64,000 bases of DNA from Macrostomum lignano (lineage: Eukaryota): assembly GCA_002269645.1 (NCBI GenBank), contig NIVC01000992.1, forward strand, positions 1 to 64,000, given 5' to 3'. A program made the position numbers and the translations under genes. Shown piece by piece: positions 25,473 to 40,361 of the stretch (its first letter is position 1; each line of letters begins with the position of its first letter). Below the pieces are notes generated by a model. It saw only the letters and a program-made list of their open reading frames with translations, did no database searches and was not told the origin of the DNA.

Positions 25473-26335
25473 CTGTCTCTCCCTCTCTCAGTCTCTCCCT
25501 CCCTCTCTCACCCGCTGTCTCTCCCTCTCTCAGTCTCTCCCTCCCTTTCTCACCCGCTGTCTCTCCCTCTCTCAGTCTCTGCCTCCCTCTCTCATCCGCT
25601 GTCTCTCCCTCTCTCAGTCTCTCCCTCCCTTTCTCACCCGCTGTCTCTCCCTCTCTCACCTGCTGTCTCTCCCTCCCTCTCTCAACCGCTGTCTCTCCCT
25701 CCCTCAGTCTCTCCCTCCCTTTCTCACCCGTTGACTCTCCCTCCCTCTCTCACCCGCTGTCTCTCCCTCCCTCTCTCAACCGCTGTCTCTCCCTCCCTCA
25801 GTCTCTCCCTCCCTTTCTCACCCGTTGACTCTCCCTCCCTCTCTCACCCGCTGTCTCTCCCTCCCTCAGTCTCTCCCTCCCTTTCTCACCCGTTGACTCT
25901 CCCTCCCTCTCTCACCCGCTGTTTCTCCCTCACCCGCTGTCTCCCTCCCTCTCACCCGCTGTCTCCCTCCCTCTCACCCGCTGTCTCCCTCCCTCTCACC
26001 CGCTGTCTCCCTCCCTCTCACCCGCTGTCTCCCTCCCTCTCACCCGCTGTATCTCTCTCCCTACCTCTCACCCGCTGTATCTCCCTCACCCGCAGTCTCT
26101 CCCTCCCTCTCACCCGCTGTCTCTCCCTCCCTCTCACCCGCTGTCTCTCCCTCCCTCTCACCCTCTGTCTCCCTCCCTCTCACCCACTGACTCACTCTCC
26201 CTCCCTCTCACCCGCTGTCTCTCCCTCCCTCTCACCCTCTGTCTCCCTCCCTCTCACCCACTGACTCTCTCTCCCTCTCACCGGCTTTCTCTCTCCCTCT
26301 TAATCTCTTCCTCTCTCTCACTCGATGTCTCTCCC
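25473..26335. repeat. CT-rich variable minisatellite (CTCTCACCCGCTGTCTCTCC core)
   Basis: Direct reading. Confidence 0.93.
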
Positions 26336-26726
26336 TAGCTGACGAAAGTGTCAGGCCACGTGAACCGGGCCGAGAGCTGCTGCCCCCAGCCTCAATAGCA
26401 CGTCCTGCTGCTCATCTTGCAGGGCCAATTTAGGCGGGCCGTTGATTCGCCCAGCGCCCGGCACCTGACAATAATAAAAAACATCCGTCTCATTAGCTAG
26501 CTGGAAATTTTCTTGTCACAATTGCCACAGATAAGATAAGCGAACCTATATTCGGCTAGGCTTGCACTCAATTGTAGTATATATATATATTGTATATATT
26601 TCATGCACGTTCCAAGATTGCTACTTGCAGTAAAACTTTAAGCATTTTATTTTGTTGTGCATTCTACGTATAGCTTGCCTCCTTTATTCAGCGGGCCGTT
26701 TTACGAGTGGAAACTGATTTTAGCGC

Positions 26727-27258
26727 CGATTTAGGCATTTGGTTTTAGCGCCGGTTTAGACAGCTGGTTTTAGCGCCGGTTCAGACAGATGGTTTTAGCG
26801 CCGGTTTAGACAGCTGGTTTTAGCGCCGGTTAAGACAGATGGTTTTAGCGCCGATTTAGATCGAGGCAACAGGTTTTAGCGCCCATTTAGACAGCTAGTT
26901 TTTGGCGCCGATTTAGATAACTGGTTTTAGGCCAATTTAAACAGATGGCTTTAGCTCCGATTTAGACAGCTGGTTTTAGCGCCGATTTAGTTAAATGGTT
27001 TTAGCGCCGATTTAGTTAAATGGTTTTAGCGCCGATTTAGTTAAATGGTTTTAGCGCCGATTTAGTTAAATGGTTTTAGCGCCGATTTAGTTAAATGGTT
27101 TTAGCGCCGATTTACTTAAATGGTTTTAGCGCCGATTTAGTTAAATGGTTTTAGCGCCGATTTAGTTAAATGGTTTTAGCGCCGATTTAGTTAAATGGTT
27201 TTAGCGCCGATTTAGTTAAATGGTTTTAGCGCCGATTTAGTTAAATGGTTTTAGCGCC
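26727..27258. repeat. 25-bp minisatellite (GGTTTTAGCGCCGATTTAGTTAAAT)
   Basis: Direct reading. Confidence 0.95.
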
Positions 27259-27694
27259 TATACCCACCAAGAGGCTGTCACATCGAATTGGAGTTGGAGA
27301 CTGGAATTCAATTCGTCCTCAAAAATATCGATCATCAATCAGACAGTGTTTCTCCATTGGCTTCTAATATATAGATAGCTAACGCCCACTGCACAAGGCA
27401 ATTTACTATATTAACAAAATGCATTATTATGCATAAAACGCTAATTTGCATCGAATGCAGATCTATTCCGTGCTTGACAACCCGAGCGATGCATCATGCT
27501 TTTTTTTCTCTCAAAGCCAAGCCAAGAGCTAAAGTACATGTACTAAATGAATTATTCAGACAGTCTGAATTATAATATATATTAGGCTCATACATGTAAA
27601 TTTGCTGTATTTAGATGAAATAAATAATAATTCTTATGCTTCAATACGATATTCAGAGTAGCTTTACACATCTCACACAATCTCAGTTTTTGTA

Positions 27695-28135
27695 GTGGCG
27701 CCCTTCACAACCACTTATTTTGGCACCCCTAGTTACAACCCTTGTTTTTGGTGCCCCTAATCACGATTCACAACCCTTATTTTTGGCGCCCTCAATTACA
27801 ACCCATTCTTGGCGCCACTAATCACAAAACTTTTTGGCGCCCCCAATCACAACCCTTTTTGGCGCCACTAATCACAACCCTTTTTGGCGCCACTAATCAC
27901 AACCCTTTTTTGGCTCCACTAATCACAACCCTTTTTGGCGCCACTAATCACAACCCTTTTTTGGCGCCCCCCCCCCCCATCACAACAATTTTGGCGCCCC
28001 AAATCACAACCCTTGTTTTTGGCGCCCTCAATCACAACCCTTTCTTGGCGCCACTAATCACAACACTTTTTGGCGCCCCCAATCACAACCCTTTTTTGGC
28101 GCCCCAAATCACAACCCTTGTTTTTGGCGCGCCGC
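27695..28135. repeat. about 25-28-bp minisatellite (TTTTTGGCGCCACTAATCACAACCC)
   Basis: Direct reading. Confidence 0.92.
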
Positions 28136-28681
28136 CCACAAAAACACATCTCTCCTTAATATTACTGAAGGCAAATCTCAATATACCTTTCCACCCAAAT
28201 GGTTGCGAAGGAAGCCATATAGCACCAGAGCATACAGCAATCCATCATCTGGTATATGATAAACAAAAAAGATAGTGTTATGATAGCAACAGGCCAAGAG
28301 ATTCGTGCCCAGACTTCACTATTATTGAAAAAAATATCTTTCATATAGATACTTGCATATAATCGAGGCTAGGTATTTCTGTTTACTGGGTATAGTAGCC
28401 AAATATTTCATATTTGTGACAGCTCTACACACATTGGCGCGACTTTTGTTCTCTGTTGTCTTTTGCAACACAGGATTACACAGCAACTGCGAGAGCGGGG
28501 TGTTACGTAATCATCCCAGCTACCAGCTATCGAGCTCGTATGTAGATAAGCAAGCTGTTGTTGTGACCAGCTGCACGGGGCTAAAATGACGGGACTTTTT
28601 CAAAACAAGTTCGAAACAGCTGACTTATAGAGATTTCGATTCATAAAGATTCCAGTAGCCATGCATACCGATCGATATAGA

Positions 28682-30050
28682 TGTCATTTGAAGGCCAAAC
28701 AGTACATTTACTGTCATTTAAGCGCCAATCACTACATTTACTGTCATGTAAGCGCCAAACAGTACTTTTACTGTCATTTAAGCGCCAAACAGTACATTTA
28801 CTGTCATTTAAGCGCCAAACAGTACATTTAGTGTCATTTAAGCGCCAAACAGTACATTTAGTGTCATTTAAGCGCCAAACAGTACATTTAGTGTCATTTA
28901 AGCGCCCAACAATACATTTACTGTCATTTAAGCGCCAAACAGTACATTTACTGTCATTTAAGCGCCCAACAGTACATTTACTGTCATTTAAGCGCCAAAC
29001 AGTACATTTACTGTCATTTAAGCGCCCAACAGTACATTTACTGTCATTTAAGCGCCAAACAGTACATTACTGTCATTTAAGCGCCAAACAGTACATTTAC
29101 TGTCATTTAAGCGCCAAACAGTACATTTACTGTCATTTAAGCGCCCAACAGTACATTTACTGTCATTTAAGCGCCCAACAGTACATTTACTGTCATTTAA
29201 GCGCCCAACAATACATTTACTGTCATTATAGCGCCAAACAGTACATTTAGTGTCATTTAAGCGCCAAACAGTACTTTTAGTGTCATTATAGCGCCAAACA
29301 GTACATTTAGTGTCATTATAGCGCCAAACAGTACATTTACTGTCATTTTAGCGCCAAACAGTACATTTAGTGTCATTTAAGCGCCAAACAGTACATTTAG
29401 TGTCATTATAGCGCCAAACAGTACTTTTAGTGTCATTGTAGCGCCAAACAGTACATTTAGTGTCATTATAGCGCCAAACAGTACATTTAGTGTCATTTTA
29501 GCGCCAAACAGTACATTTAGTGTCATTTAAGCGCCAAACAGTACATTTAGTGTCATTATAGCGCCAAACAGTACATTTAGTGTCATTATAGCGCCAAACA
29601 GTACATTTAGTGTCATTATAGCGCCAAACAGTACATTTAGTGTCATTTTAGCGCCAAACAGTACATTTAGTGTCATTTAAGCGCCAAACAGTACATTTAC
29701 TGTCATTTAAGCGCCAAACAGTACTTTTAGTGTCATTATAGCGCCAAACAGTACATTTAGTGTCATTTAAGCGCCAAACAGTACATTTAGTGTCATTTAA
29801 GCGCCAAACAGTACATTTACTGTCTTGTAAGCGCCAAACAGTACATTTACTGTCATTTAAGCGCCAAACAGTACATTTAGTGTCATTTAAGCGCAAAACA
29901 GTACATTTAGTGTCATTTAAGCGCCAAACAGTACATTTACTATCATTTTAGCGCCAAACAATACATTTACTGTCATTATAGCGCCAAACAGTACATTTAG
30001 TGTCATTTTAGCGCCAAACAGTTTGTTGTAATTTTAGCGCCAAACAGTTT
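28682..30050. repeat. 30-bp minisatellite (AGCGCCAAACAGTACATTTACTGTCATTTA)
   Basis: Direct reading. The 10-aa periodicity of the ORF confirms 30 bp. Internal hairpin ACAGTA-CATT-TACTGT in many units. Confidence 0.97.
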
Positions 30051-30459
30051 GCTGGACAAATTTATGATTTTAACAATCAAAATTCAGGAACAGCAGTCAT
30101 TTCATTTCGGACCTCCAGTGAAGTAATTCTTTATTCTTAAAAATTGAACTCCGCATCTGCAGTTGGTCGATGGTTTTAAGAAAAAGTAGCGATTTCTGAT
30201 TGCAGGAGAGAGAAAATGTCTTCAAAAATGTTTTTAAGTTCACTTGAAAAGTATTCGGGGAAATTCTAATATTATAGCATGTTGTTGCACCAAATACGCA
30301 ATAAGCAAACTGCAGACTACAGGTGGGTGTGCAATATTGTAAGCTAAGCCTGCTGCGTATGTTAGTTGAGTAATTTTGCTTCACAATTATAGAAAATGAA
30401 ATCTATTTTTAACTAACCAGAAATTAGAAGGCGGTTTTTCTTTACTCTTTTTGTATATC

Positions 30460-31280
30460 TTACCTTCATTTCTCAATTTCTCACCCCCTCCTATCTCTCT
30501 ATTTCTCACCCTCCTGTCTCTCTATTTCTCACCCTCCTGTCTCTCTTTTTCTCACCCTCCTGTCTCTCTATTTCTCACCCTCCTGTCTCTCTTTTTCTCA
30601 CCCTCCTGTCTCTCTTTTTCTCACCCTCCTGAACCCTCCTGTCTCTCTATTTCTCACCCTCCTGAACCCTCCTGTCTCTCTTTTTCTCACCCTCCTGAAC
30701 CCTCCTGTCTCTCTTTTTCTCACCCTCCTGTCTCTCTATTTCTCACCCTCCTGAACCCTCCTGTCTCTCTATTTCTCACCCTCCTGTCTCTCTATTTCTC
30801 ACCCTCCTGTCTCTCTTTTTCTCACCCTCCTGTCTCTCTATTTCTCACCCTCCTGTCTCTCTTTTTCTCACCCTCCTGTCTCTCTTTTTCTCACCCTCCT
30901 GTCTCTCTTTTTCTCACCCTCCTGTCTCTCTTTTTCTCACCCTCCTGTCTCTCTTTTTCTCACCCTCCTGAACCCTCCTGTCTCTCTATTTCTCACCCTC
31001 CTGTCTCTCTATTTCTCACCCTCCTGTCTCTCTATTTCTTACCCTCCTATCTCTCTTTTTCTCACCCTCCTGTTTCTCAATTTCTCACCCTCCTGTTTCT
31101 CAATTTCTCACCCCCTCCTATCTCTCTATTTCTCAACCTCCTATCTCTCTATTTCTCACCCTCCTGTTTCTCAATTTCTCACCCCCTCCTATCTCTCTAT
31201 TTCTCAACCTCCTATCTCTCTATTTCTCACCCTCCTGTCTCTCTATTTCTCTATTTCTCACCCTCCTGTCTCTCTATTCT
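30460..31280. repeat. about 23-bp CT-rich minisatellite (TTCTCACCCTCCTGTCTCTCT core)
   Basis: Direct reading. Confidence 0.94.
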
Positions 31281-31861
31281 CTGCCCTGCCCGTATCTCAC
31301 ACAGGAAGGCATCAAAGCTAGCTATTCGAACTAAAGCAGCACTAAAATAACTGATATTTTCCTCCGGCAAGCCCAGAGGATAGGAAAAATGGAAGGAAAC
31401 TCTTCAGACAAAATAAAAATTGGCCCTCTATATAAGAACCACAGAGGCGCGCTTTCGGCTTCCTGGCTTTGTAGTTGAAATCATAAAACCAGTCACAAAT
31501 GCTGCTTTTCTTGACCAAGGGGGGGGGGGACTTTTCCTTGGAAACTGAAAATTCTATATAGCCAGGCTACGAATCATAGTCGAGATCGTAAAAATATTTG
31601 ACAACAGGGGGGGGGGAGGGCTGGTCAATAAAACTCGTTTGGATCCAAGCAGCTTTGGCTAGAGTTTGTTGTCCAAAGCTTCTGCGGAAGTGACCTCTAG
31701 TTGGCCTAGAAGATTCAAAAACTTCTGAGATGCAAAGTATGGAGTGTTGACGCATTAAAAGCAAGCTTTTGACACACGAATGTGAGCGTGACTTTTGCAC
31801 CTGACTCCTCAAATCAAGTCGATAGTCACTAGCAGTATTGGATCACTGTGGCCTGCACCCG

Positions 31862-32400
31862 GTGACTGGTGACCCAGTGACCCAGTGATCAGTGACCCAG
31901 TGACCCAGTGACCCAGTGACCCAGTGACCAGTGACCCAGTGACCCAGTGACCAGTGACCCAGTGACCCAGTGACCAGTGACCAGTGACCCAGTGACCCAG
32001 TGACCAGTGACCCAGTGACCCAGTGACCAGTGACCCAGTGACCAGTGACACAGTGACCAGTGACCAGTGACCCAGTGACCAGTGACCCAGTGACCCAGTG
32101 ACCAGTGACCAGTGACCCAGTGACCCAGTGACCAGTGACCCAGTGACCAGTGACCAGTGACCCAGTGACCAGTGACCCAGTGACCCAGTGACCAGTGACC
32201 AGTGACCAGTGACCCAGTGACCAGTGACCAGTGACTAGTGACCCAGTGACCAGTGACCAGTGACCCAGTGACCAGTGACCCAGTGACCAGTGACCAGTGA
32301 CCAGTGACCAGTGACCCAGTGACCAGTGACCAGTGACCAGTGACCCAGTGACCAGTGACCCAGTGACCCAGTGACCCAGTGACCAGTGACTACTGACCAC
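31862..32400. repeat. 7/8-bp repeat (CCAGTGA / CCCAGTGA)
   Basis: Direct reading. Confidence 0.96.
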
Positions 32401-32949
32401 TGACACGCCAGAGGCTTCTTTCCTGGATCTCCTTGTCATCCGTAACAACTGTTGAATTAGAGGTGGGGTGCTGCAGATTAACATCACTTCATCTCCGCAG
32501 CTTCACCATACTTTATTTCATATCTTGTCATAAAAACTCCCCAAACAGTGGTCCCAGTCAATGCATGCTTTTTTGGCAACAACTGAAAACATTTTCAATC
32601 AAGAAGCTTCAAGTTCGGATCACTGATCTTTCGAACTTTTAGGGCCTGCGTATTGCAGCAAGATGAAAGAGGCCCGCCAAATACCCTGCCATGAACCCAT
32701 GATGACGGAGGGTCTGCAAGCATTTTACAATTTCAATCCGCTGCGATTGAGAGATTTTTATGCGAAAATTTCATCCTTTATGAACTCGGCGGTTCCGCAG
32801 ACTTTGCAAGAATCTTTATGTTTAACCATCAAATATCTTCAGCAGCGCAAAAGCAACCACATAAACTTGCGAATTCAAGCCACTGTCTGATTCTGAATTC
32901 GTCTAGATGGCTCTAGATGTCTTCACCGTGTCGCTCTAGATTTGTTCTC

Positions 32950-33895
32950 CCTAGATTCCTCTCTCTAGATTCCTCTCTCTAGATTCCTCTCTCTAGATTC
33001 CTCTCTCTAGATTCCTCTCTCTAGATTCCTCTCTCTAGATTCCTCTCTCTAGATTCCTCTCTCTAGATTCCTCTCTCTAGATTCCTCTCTCTAGATTCCT
33101 CTCTCTAGATTCCTCTCTCTAGATTCCTCTCTCTAGATTCCTCTCTCTAGATTCCTTTTCTCTAGACTCCTCTCTCTAAATTCCTCTCTCTAGATTCCTT
33201 GTCTCTAGTTTCCTTTCCCTAGATTCCTCTCTCTAGATTCCTCTCTCTAGATTCCTCTCTCTAGATTCCTCTCTCTAGATTCCTCTCTCTAGATTCCTCT
33301 CTCTAGATTCCTCTCTCTAAGATTCCTCTCTCTAGATCCTCTCTCTAGATTCCTCTCTCTAGATCCTCTCTCTAGATTCCTCTCTCTAGATTCCTCTCTC
33401 TAGATTCCTCTCCCTAGATTTCTACTCCCTAGATTCCTCTCTCTAGATTCCTCTCTCTAGATTCCTTCTCTGGATTCCTCTCTCTAGATTCCTCTCTCTA
33501 GGTTCCTCTCTCTAGATTCCTCTCTCTAGATTCCTCTCTCTAGATTTTTTCCCTAGATTTCTACTCCCTAGATTCCTCTCCCTAGATTTCTACTCCCTAG
33601 ATTCCTCTCCCTAGATTCCTCTCTCTAGATTCCTCTCTCTAGATTCCTCTCTCTAGATTCCTCTCTCTAGATTCCTCTCTCTAGATTCCTCTCTCTAGAT
33701 TCCTTTTCTCTAGACTCCTCTCTCTAAATTCCACTCTCTAGATTCCTTGTCTCTAGTTTCCTTTCTCTAGATTCCTCTCTCTAGATTCCTCTCTCTAGAT
33801 TCCTTCTCTCTAGTTTCCTTTCTCTAGATTCCTCTCTCTAGATTCCTCTCTCTAGATTCCTTCTCTTCCTCTAGATTCCCTTTCCTCTAGATTAC
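32950..33895. repeat. 14-bp minisatellite (TAGATTCCTCTCTC)
   Basis: Direct reading. Confidence 0.96.
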
Positions 33896-34497
33896 TTCTC
33901 TCTTTGTTCCCCTATCAATTGAGAATTCTCAGTGTTGATTTACCCTGTTATAAAATATTCTTTCATTGATCTATCAACAATTTAATGGTCACCATTCTTT
34001 ATTGTTAATGCCGCGAAAGTGTTCAGAAGGACGCGCACACCGCTAGCAAATTTAATCAAGCTATTAAATTCAGACCATTGAATCATCATTTTGAACCCAA
34101 TCCGTGCCAAACGCCCCTAAAGCCGGATTTCTTGTAAGAGAAAATATACAAATAAATCCTTTTGTTGACTGCCCAAAGAAATATCCAACACCCAATTTTT
34201 CTTACCAGTATGCAGTAATACAGCGGCTCCTCTATTATACCGTATCTCCTAATTCTGCTGCGACCCTTTCAGTTGAAAGTGGCAATAAAACCCCAGAATT
34301 TTATGCCCGCTTGACCGCTCTCTTCCCTCAACCCCCCCCCCCTCTCAACCCCCTCCGCCCCCGGCCTCAAGCGCTGAAACACGAAATCAAGTTTCAGACA
34401 ACAGTAGGCTGACCTGATATTGTTCCAAGTCGATAATTTTTTTTACCTAGAGGGCCACAGATAGAGAATCTATAGCGCATGACTGTAAGTTTCACGA

Positions 34498-34852
34498 GGG
34501 GAGAGAGGAGAGGGAATAAAAGAGGAAATAGAAGAGAAGAGAAAAGAAAGGAGAGGAGAGAATGCAAAGGAGAGGAGAAGAGTGAAGAGGAGAGACGGGA
34601 GTGGAGAGAGGGGAGACGAGAGGAGAAAAGAGACGAGAGTAGAAGAGAGAAGAGATGAGAGAAGGGAGAGAAGAGGAGAGGGGAGAGATAAGAGAAGGGA
34701 AGAAGAGGAGAAAAGAGACGAGAATGGAGAGAGGAGAATTGCGAGAAAGGAGAGAAGAGGAAAGGAGAGATAAGAGAAGGGAGAGGAGAGAAGAGAAGAG
34801 ACGATAGTGGCGAGAGGAGAGATGAGAGAGGGGAGAGAAGAGAACAGAGAAG
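34498..34852. repeat. AG-rich low-complexity tract
   Basis: Direct reading. Confidence 0.85.
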
Positions 34853-34892
34853 AGACACAAACTTGATTCCTAGGAGCGCATTGCAAAGCTTC

Positions 34893-35198
34893 AACCCGAA
34901 ATATCACAAACCCGAAATATCATAAACCCGAAATATCACAAACCCGAAATATCATAAACCCGAAATATCACAAACCCGAAATATCATAAACCCGAAATAT
35001 CATAAACCCGAAATATCACAAACCCGAAATATCATAAACCCGAAATATCATAAACCCGAAATATCACAAACCCGAAATATCACAAACCCGAAATATCATA
35101 AACCCGAAATATCACAAACCCGAAATATCACAAACCCGAAATGTCACAAACCCGAAACATCACAAACCCGAAACATCACAAACCCGAAATATCACAAA
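34893..35198. repeat. 16-bp minisatellite (AAACCCGAAATATCAY)
   Basis: Direct reading. Confidence 0.96.
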
Positions 35199-35619
35199 CC
35201 TGCCCCCCGGAGTAAGTGCAATTTTTTCTGAAACAATTATTGTATTGTATTTCGCGTGCAAATTGAAGAAATGCAGTTAGCCTAAAGTTGCCCGTCCCTA
35301 TGGGGGATTGGGTTCGTTCTAGGCTTCCTCGGTGCCCACAACATGCACAAACAGCAATAAATCCCTTGAACCCTTGCCTGCATGCAAGCTAGGAAGCTGT
35401 GCGCATCCCCCCCCCCCCTGAGATTAGATCCCCAATCGCGGAATGAACCGGCGTTGGATGGAGGCTGTGCTGGTAAATTTATCTTCACTGCCTCACGTGT
35501 GCTTGGCTTCTGGCTAATTAATAAGTCTCTAGCCAACTCTGGTCTACCTAGTATTAACGGCACTCAGCATAAGGTAATCTCGCTAAAATCCCTGGAGAAA
35601 CCCCGTAAGACTGGACACG

Positions 35620-37320
35620 GGTCTAAAGCGAGATTAGATGTAAATCTTAGTGAGAGATTAGACATGAATATCGAGAGGGAGATTAGATATGAGAATAGAT
35701 AAAGATTTTACACGACTTTGGAGATAGAGTAGACACAAATTAAAAGACAGAGGAGAGATTAGACACGAATACAGATCGAGAGAGATTAGACACGAATACA
35801 GATCGAGAGAGATTAGACACGAATACAGATCGAGAGAGATTAGACACGAATATAGATCGAGAGAGATTAGACACGAATATAGATCGAGAGAGATTAGACA
35901 CGAATATAGATTGAGGGAGATTAGACACGAATATAGATTGAGGGAGATTAGACACGAATATAGATTGAGGGAGATTAGACACGAATATAGATCGAGAGAG
36001 ATTAGATACGAATATAGAGAGAGAGAGATTAGATTCGAATATCTGGAGAGATTAGACACGAATATCTGGAGAGATTAGACACGAATATCTGGAGAGATTA
36101 GACACGAATATCTGGAGAGATCAGACACGAATATCAAGACAGATTAGACACACAAAAAAGAGATATTAAACACGAATCTATAGAAAGATTAGGCACGAAT
36201 CTATAGAAAGATTAGACACGAATCTATAGAAAGATTAGGCACGAATCTATAGAAAGATTAGACACGAATCTATAGAAAGATTAGGCACGAATCTATAGAA
36301 AGATTAGGCACGAATCTATAGAAAGATTAGACACGAATCTATAGAAAGATTAGGCACGAATCTATAGAAAGATTAGACACGAATCTATAGAAAGATTAGG
36401 CACGAATCTATAGAAAGATTAGACACGAATCTATAGAAAGATTAGACACGAATCTATAGAAAGATTAGGCACGAATCTATAGAAAGATTAGACACGAATC
36501 TATAGAAAGATTAGGCACGAATCTATAGAAAGATTAGACACGAATCCATAAAATTATTAGACACGAATCCATAAAATTATTAGACACGAATCCATAAAAT
36601 TATTAGACACGAATCCATAAAATTATTAGACACGAATCCATAAAAAATGAGATACGAATCTATAGAAAGATTAGGCACGAATCTATAGAAAGATTAGACA
36701 CGAATCTATAGAAAGATTAGACACGAATCCATAAAATTATTAGACACGAATCCATAAAATTATTAGACACGAATCCATAAAATTATTAGACACGAATCCA
36801 TAAAATTATTAGACACGAATCCATAAAATTATTAGACACGAATCCATAAAATTATTAGACACGAATCCATAAAATTATTAGACACGAATCCATAAAAATG
36901 AGATACGAATCTATAGAAAGATTAGGCACGAATCTATAGAAAGATTAGGCACGAATCTATAGAAAGATTAGGCACGAATCTATAGAAAGATTAGGCACGA
37001 ATCTATAGAAAGATTAGACACGAATCTATAGAAAGATTAGGCACGAATCTATAGAAAGATTAGGCACGAATCTATAGAAAGATTAGACACGAATCTATAG
37101 AAAGATTAGACACGAATCTATAGAAAGATTAGGCACGAATCTATAGAAAGATTAGACACGAATCCATAAAATTATTAGACACGAATCCATAAAATTATTA
37201 GACACGAATCCATAAAATTATTAGACACGAATCCATAAAAAATGAGATACGAATCTATAGGAAGATTAGGCACAAATCTATAGAAAGATTTAGACACGAA
37301 TCTACGGGTTGATTAGACAA
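35620..37320. repeat. composite minisatellite with shared core ATTAGACACGAAT; blocks of ~26-bp and two 23-bp unit types
   Basis: GAGATTAGACACGAATATAGATCGA-type units come first, then alternating blocks of GAATCTATAGAAAGATTAG(G/A)CAC and GAATCCATAAAATTATTAGACAC. Confidence 0.95.
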
Positions 37321-37844
37321 GGCTTGACAATGCAGTCCAGATTTCCATTTTCTCCATTTTCTTTTAGCAATTGAAGGTGAATCATACATCAGTTAATTAT
37401 ATAAATATATACACATATCGTTATCCCGACCACACGACCCCATTGCTTCTGAACCCCCCTCCGAAGACCATCTGCTTACTACACATCATAGACTTGGGCA
37501 GGGTTCCACCCGTGTGGTTAATAATCCCTGGGGTTTGGGAGGGGGGTCAGTGCCGGAGGGCAAGTCAAGGGACTATAGCTGCACGATTCTGCGCCGGACA
37601 CGGGTGTTTGAATTTGTTCCTAGCATGCAGATATCATCTATATTGCACTGTGAACTTTGACATCGAAACTCAGATAAAGAAGGAGCCTGAAGCGGAGGCC
37701 GAGAGAAAAGGGAGACAAGGATTCATGGGATTTATTTAAGGGATTCTGTGGGTCCGTTTCATTCATATCGGCGGATTCCAACAATACGGCGCGAGGCTGG
37801 ACAACTGCTGGATGAGGTATAGTGGCATCAATGTGATGTCATCT

Positions 37845-38720
37845 CATCTGACACTTACTCCATCATCTGACGTTGAATATACTCGTAGAATCTGACACTT
37901 ACTACTAGCATCTGACACTTACTATTAGCATCCGGCACTTACTATTAGCATCTGACACTTACTATTAGTATCTGACACTCACTATTAGCATCTGACACTC
38001 ACTATTAGAATCTGACACTCACTATTAGAATCTGATACTTACTATTAGCATCTGACACTTACTATTAGCATCTGACACTTACTATTAGCATCTGACACTT
38101 ACTATTAGCATCTGACACTTACTATTAGCATCTGACACTTACTATTAGCATCTGACACTTACTATTAGCATCTGACACTTACTATTAGCATCTGACACTT
38201 ACTATTAGCATCCGGCACTTACTATTAGCATCTGACACTTACTATTAGTATCTGACACTCACTATTAGCATCTGACACTCACTATTAGAATCTGACACTC
38301 ACTATTAGAATCTGATACTTACTATTAGCATCTGACACTTACTATTAGCATCTGACACTTACTATTAGCATCTGACACTTACTATTAGCATCTGACACTT
38401 ACTATTAGCATCTGACACTTACTATTAGCATCTGACACTTACTATTAGCATCTGACACTTACTATTAGCATCTGACACTTACTTTTAGAATCTGATACTT
38501 ACTATTAGCATCTGACACTTACTTTTAGAATCTGATACTTACTATTAGCATCTGACACTTACTATTAGAATCTGATACTTACTATTAGCATCTGACACTT
38601 ACTATTAGAATCTGATACTTACTATTAGCATCTGACACTTACTATTAGCATCTGACACTTACTATTAGCATCTGACACTTACTTTTAGAATCTGATACTT
38701 ACTATTAGCATCTGACACTT
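37845..38720. repeat. 20-bp minisatellite (TCTGACACTTACTATTAGCA)
   Basis: Direct reading. Confidence 0.97.
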
Positions 38721-39009
38721 GATCAAGCACCCAGCTGATTACTTTCAGCACTCCGCTGACCTGCAAGAAAAGCATTTGCCGATAGCAAGCCTGAAAAATG
38801 AGGCAAAAAAGAACCGAAACACAGGTTGGTACTGCTGTGTGTTTCTGGCTATGCTAAAAACGCATAAGTTAGGATTTGCTGTAGAATAGAAGTTGTAAAT
38901 TTTCTCAGTTTTATTACCCCCCCCCCGAGAGGGTGCTTTGGAGTCGTGTGGCGCTATGTGTCCAAAGTGGAAACAGGAGTTAGAATAGAAGGCTTAAGCT
39001 AGGTAGGCT

Positions 39010-39013
<4 letters not shown>

Positions 39014-39057
<44 letters not shown>

Positions 39058-39077
39058 GAGAGAGAGAGAGAGAGAGA
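39014..39077. repeat. (AG)n microsatellite
   Basis: Direct reading. Confidence 0.97.
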
Positions 39078-39244
39078 GCTTGCGCACACATCCAGACACT
39101 CTAGAATGGAAAGTTACGGTTAAAAATGTACGACGAATGAAGTGTCAGACAATTTAGCAAGTTTCAGCTGCTAGAGTGTCAGACATTTCTGATAGTAAAA
39201 TTTCTCTTTGAAATTGTCAGACGCTAGAGTACTCGCAACTACCA

Positions 39245-39835
39245 GATAAGGCACGACTCTAAGGTGAGATTAGACACAACTCTAAGGGTGAGATTAGGCA
39301 AAGCTCTACATTTGAGATCCAACATGAATCTAAAGGTGAGGTTAGCCACGACTCTAAAAGTGAGATTAGACATGACTCTAAATTTGAGATTAGACACGAC
39401 TCTAAATTTGAGATTAGATACGAATCTAAAGGTGAGATTAGACACGATTCTAAAATTGAGATTAGACAGGAATCTAGATGTGTGATTAGACACGACTTTA
39501 AGGTGAGATTAGACACAAATCTAAGGTGAGATTAGACACGACTCTAAATTTGAGATTAGATACGAATCTAAAGGTGAGATTAGACACGACTCTAAATTTG
39601 AGATTAGATACGAATCTAAAGGTGAGATTAGACACGATTCTAAAATTGAGATTAGACATGCAGGAATCTAAATGTGAGATTAGACACGACTTTTAGGTGA
39701 GATTAGACACAAATCTAAGGTGAGATTAGATACGACTCTAAAGGTGAGATTAGACACGACTCTAAAGGTGAGATTAGAGTCGACTCTAAAGGTGAGATTA
39801 GACACAACTCTAAAGGTGAGATTAGACACGACTTT
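39245..39835. repeat. 24-bp minisatellite (GGTGAGATTAGACACGACTCTAAA), related to the 35.6-37.3 kb array
   Basis: Shares GAGATTAGACACGA with the 35.6 kb array. Confidence 0.94.
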
Positions 39836-40361
39836 AAAGAAAGCAAAAGAAAAATTGTCAGACAGACAGAGGAAAGTGTCAGCTGATTCCTGCCCGTTAC
39901 GTCAAAGAACGTTCTCCGAAGCACTCGTGACTTCAGATCTCCTTGTGCAGGGCCGGGTCGGGTAATATATTGGCATTCTTACCTTTGGCCCGGCCCTCCG
40001 CCTTGGCCTGACACCGTGATAGATGGCCCAGTGTCGCACGTCAAAGTGGCTTCTTATAACCTTTTTTTACTTAAATTCGTTTGATGCCCTTCTCTCTCTC
40101 TCTCCCCCTCCGTGGATGAAAGGAGGTTAAAGCCATTTCTGTCGCGGCTAGAAGCCAAGCCAAGCTTGAAACTGTTTTGGCTCTCTCTTTTTTCTGGCCG
40201 TTCTTCATCAGCGCCACAATAACCGGGTAATATAATAAGCGGATCAAACTACAAACTTCCGATTTCATAGAAATTACATGCATGTAGTCAAGTCATTGTT
40301 CATAGTGCCAAGAGTTTTGTTTAATCGAATCAAAAGCTTTTTGTTAAAGTAGTTGCAAAGT

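Noticed and set aside
32405-32460. SFLDLLVIRNN resembling a Penelope RT motif
   Set aside because: It is followed by a stop and lacks the expected downstream YRKPT-type motif; too short to call.
39948-39998. About 50-bp hairpin with CAGGGCCGGG / CCCGGCCCT ends resembling hAT TIRs
   Set aside because: The flanking 8-mers match only partially, so there is no convincing TSD.
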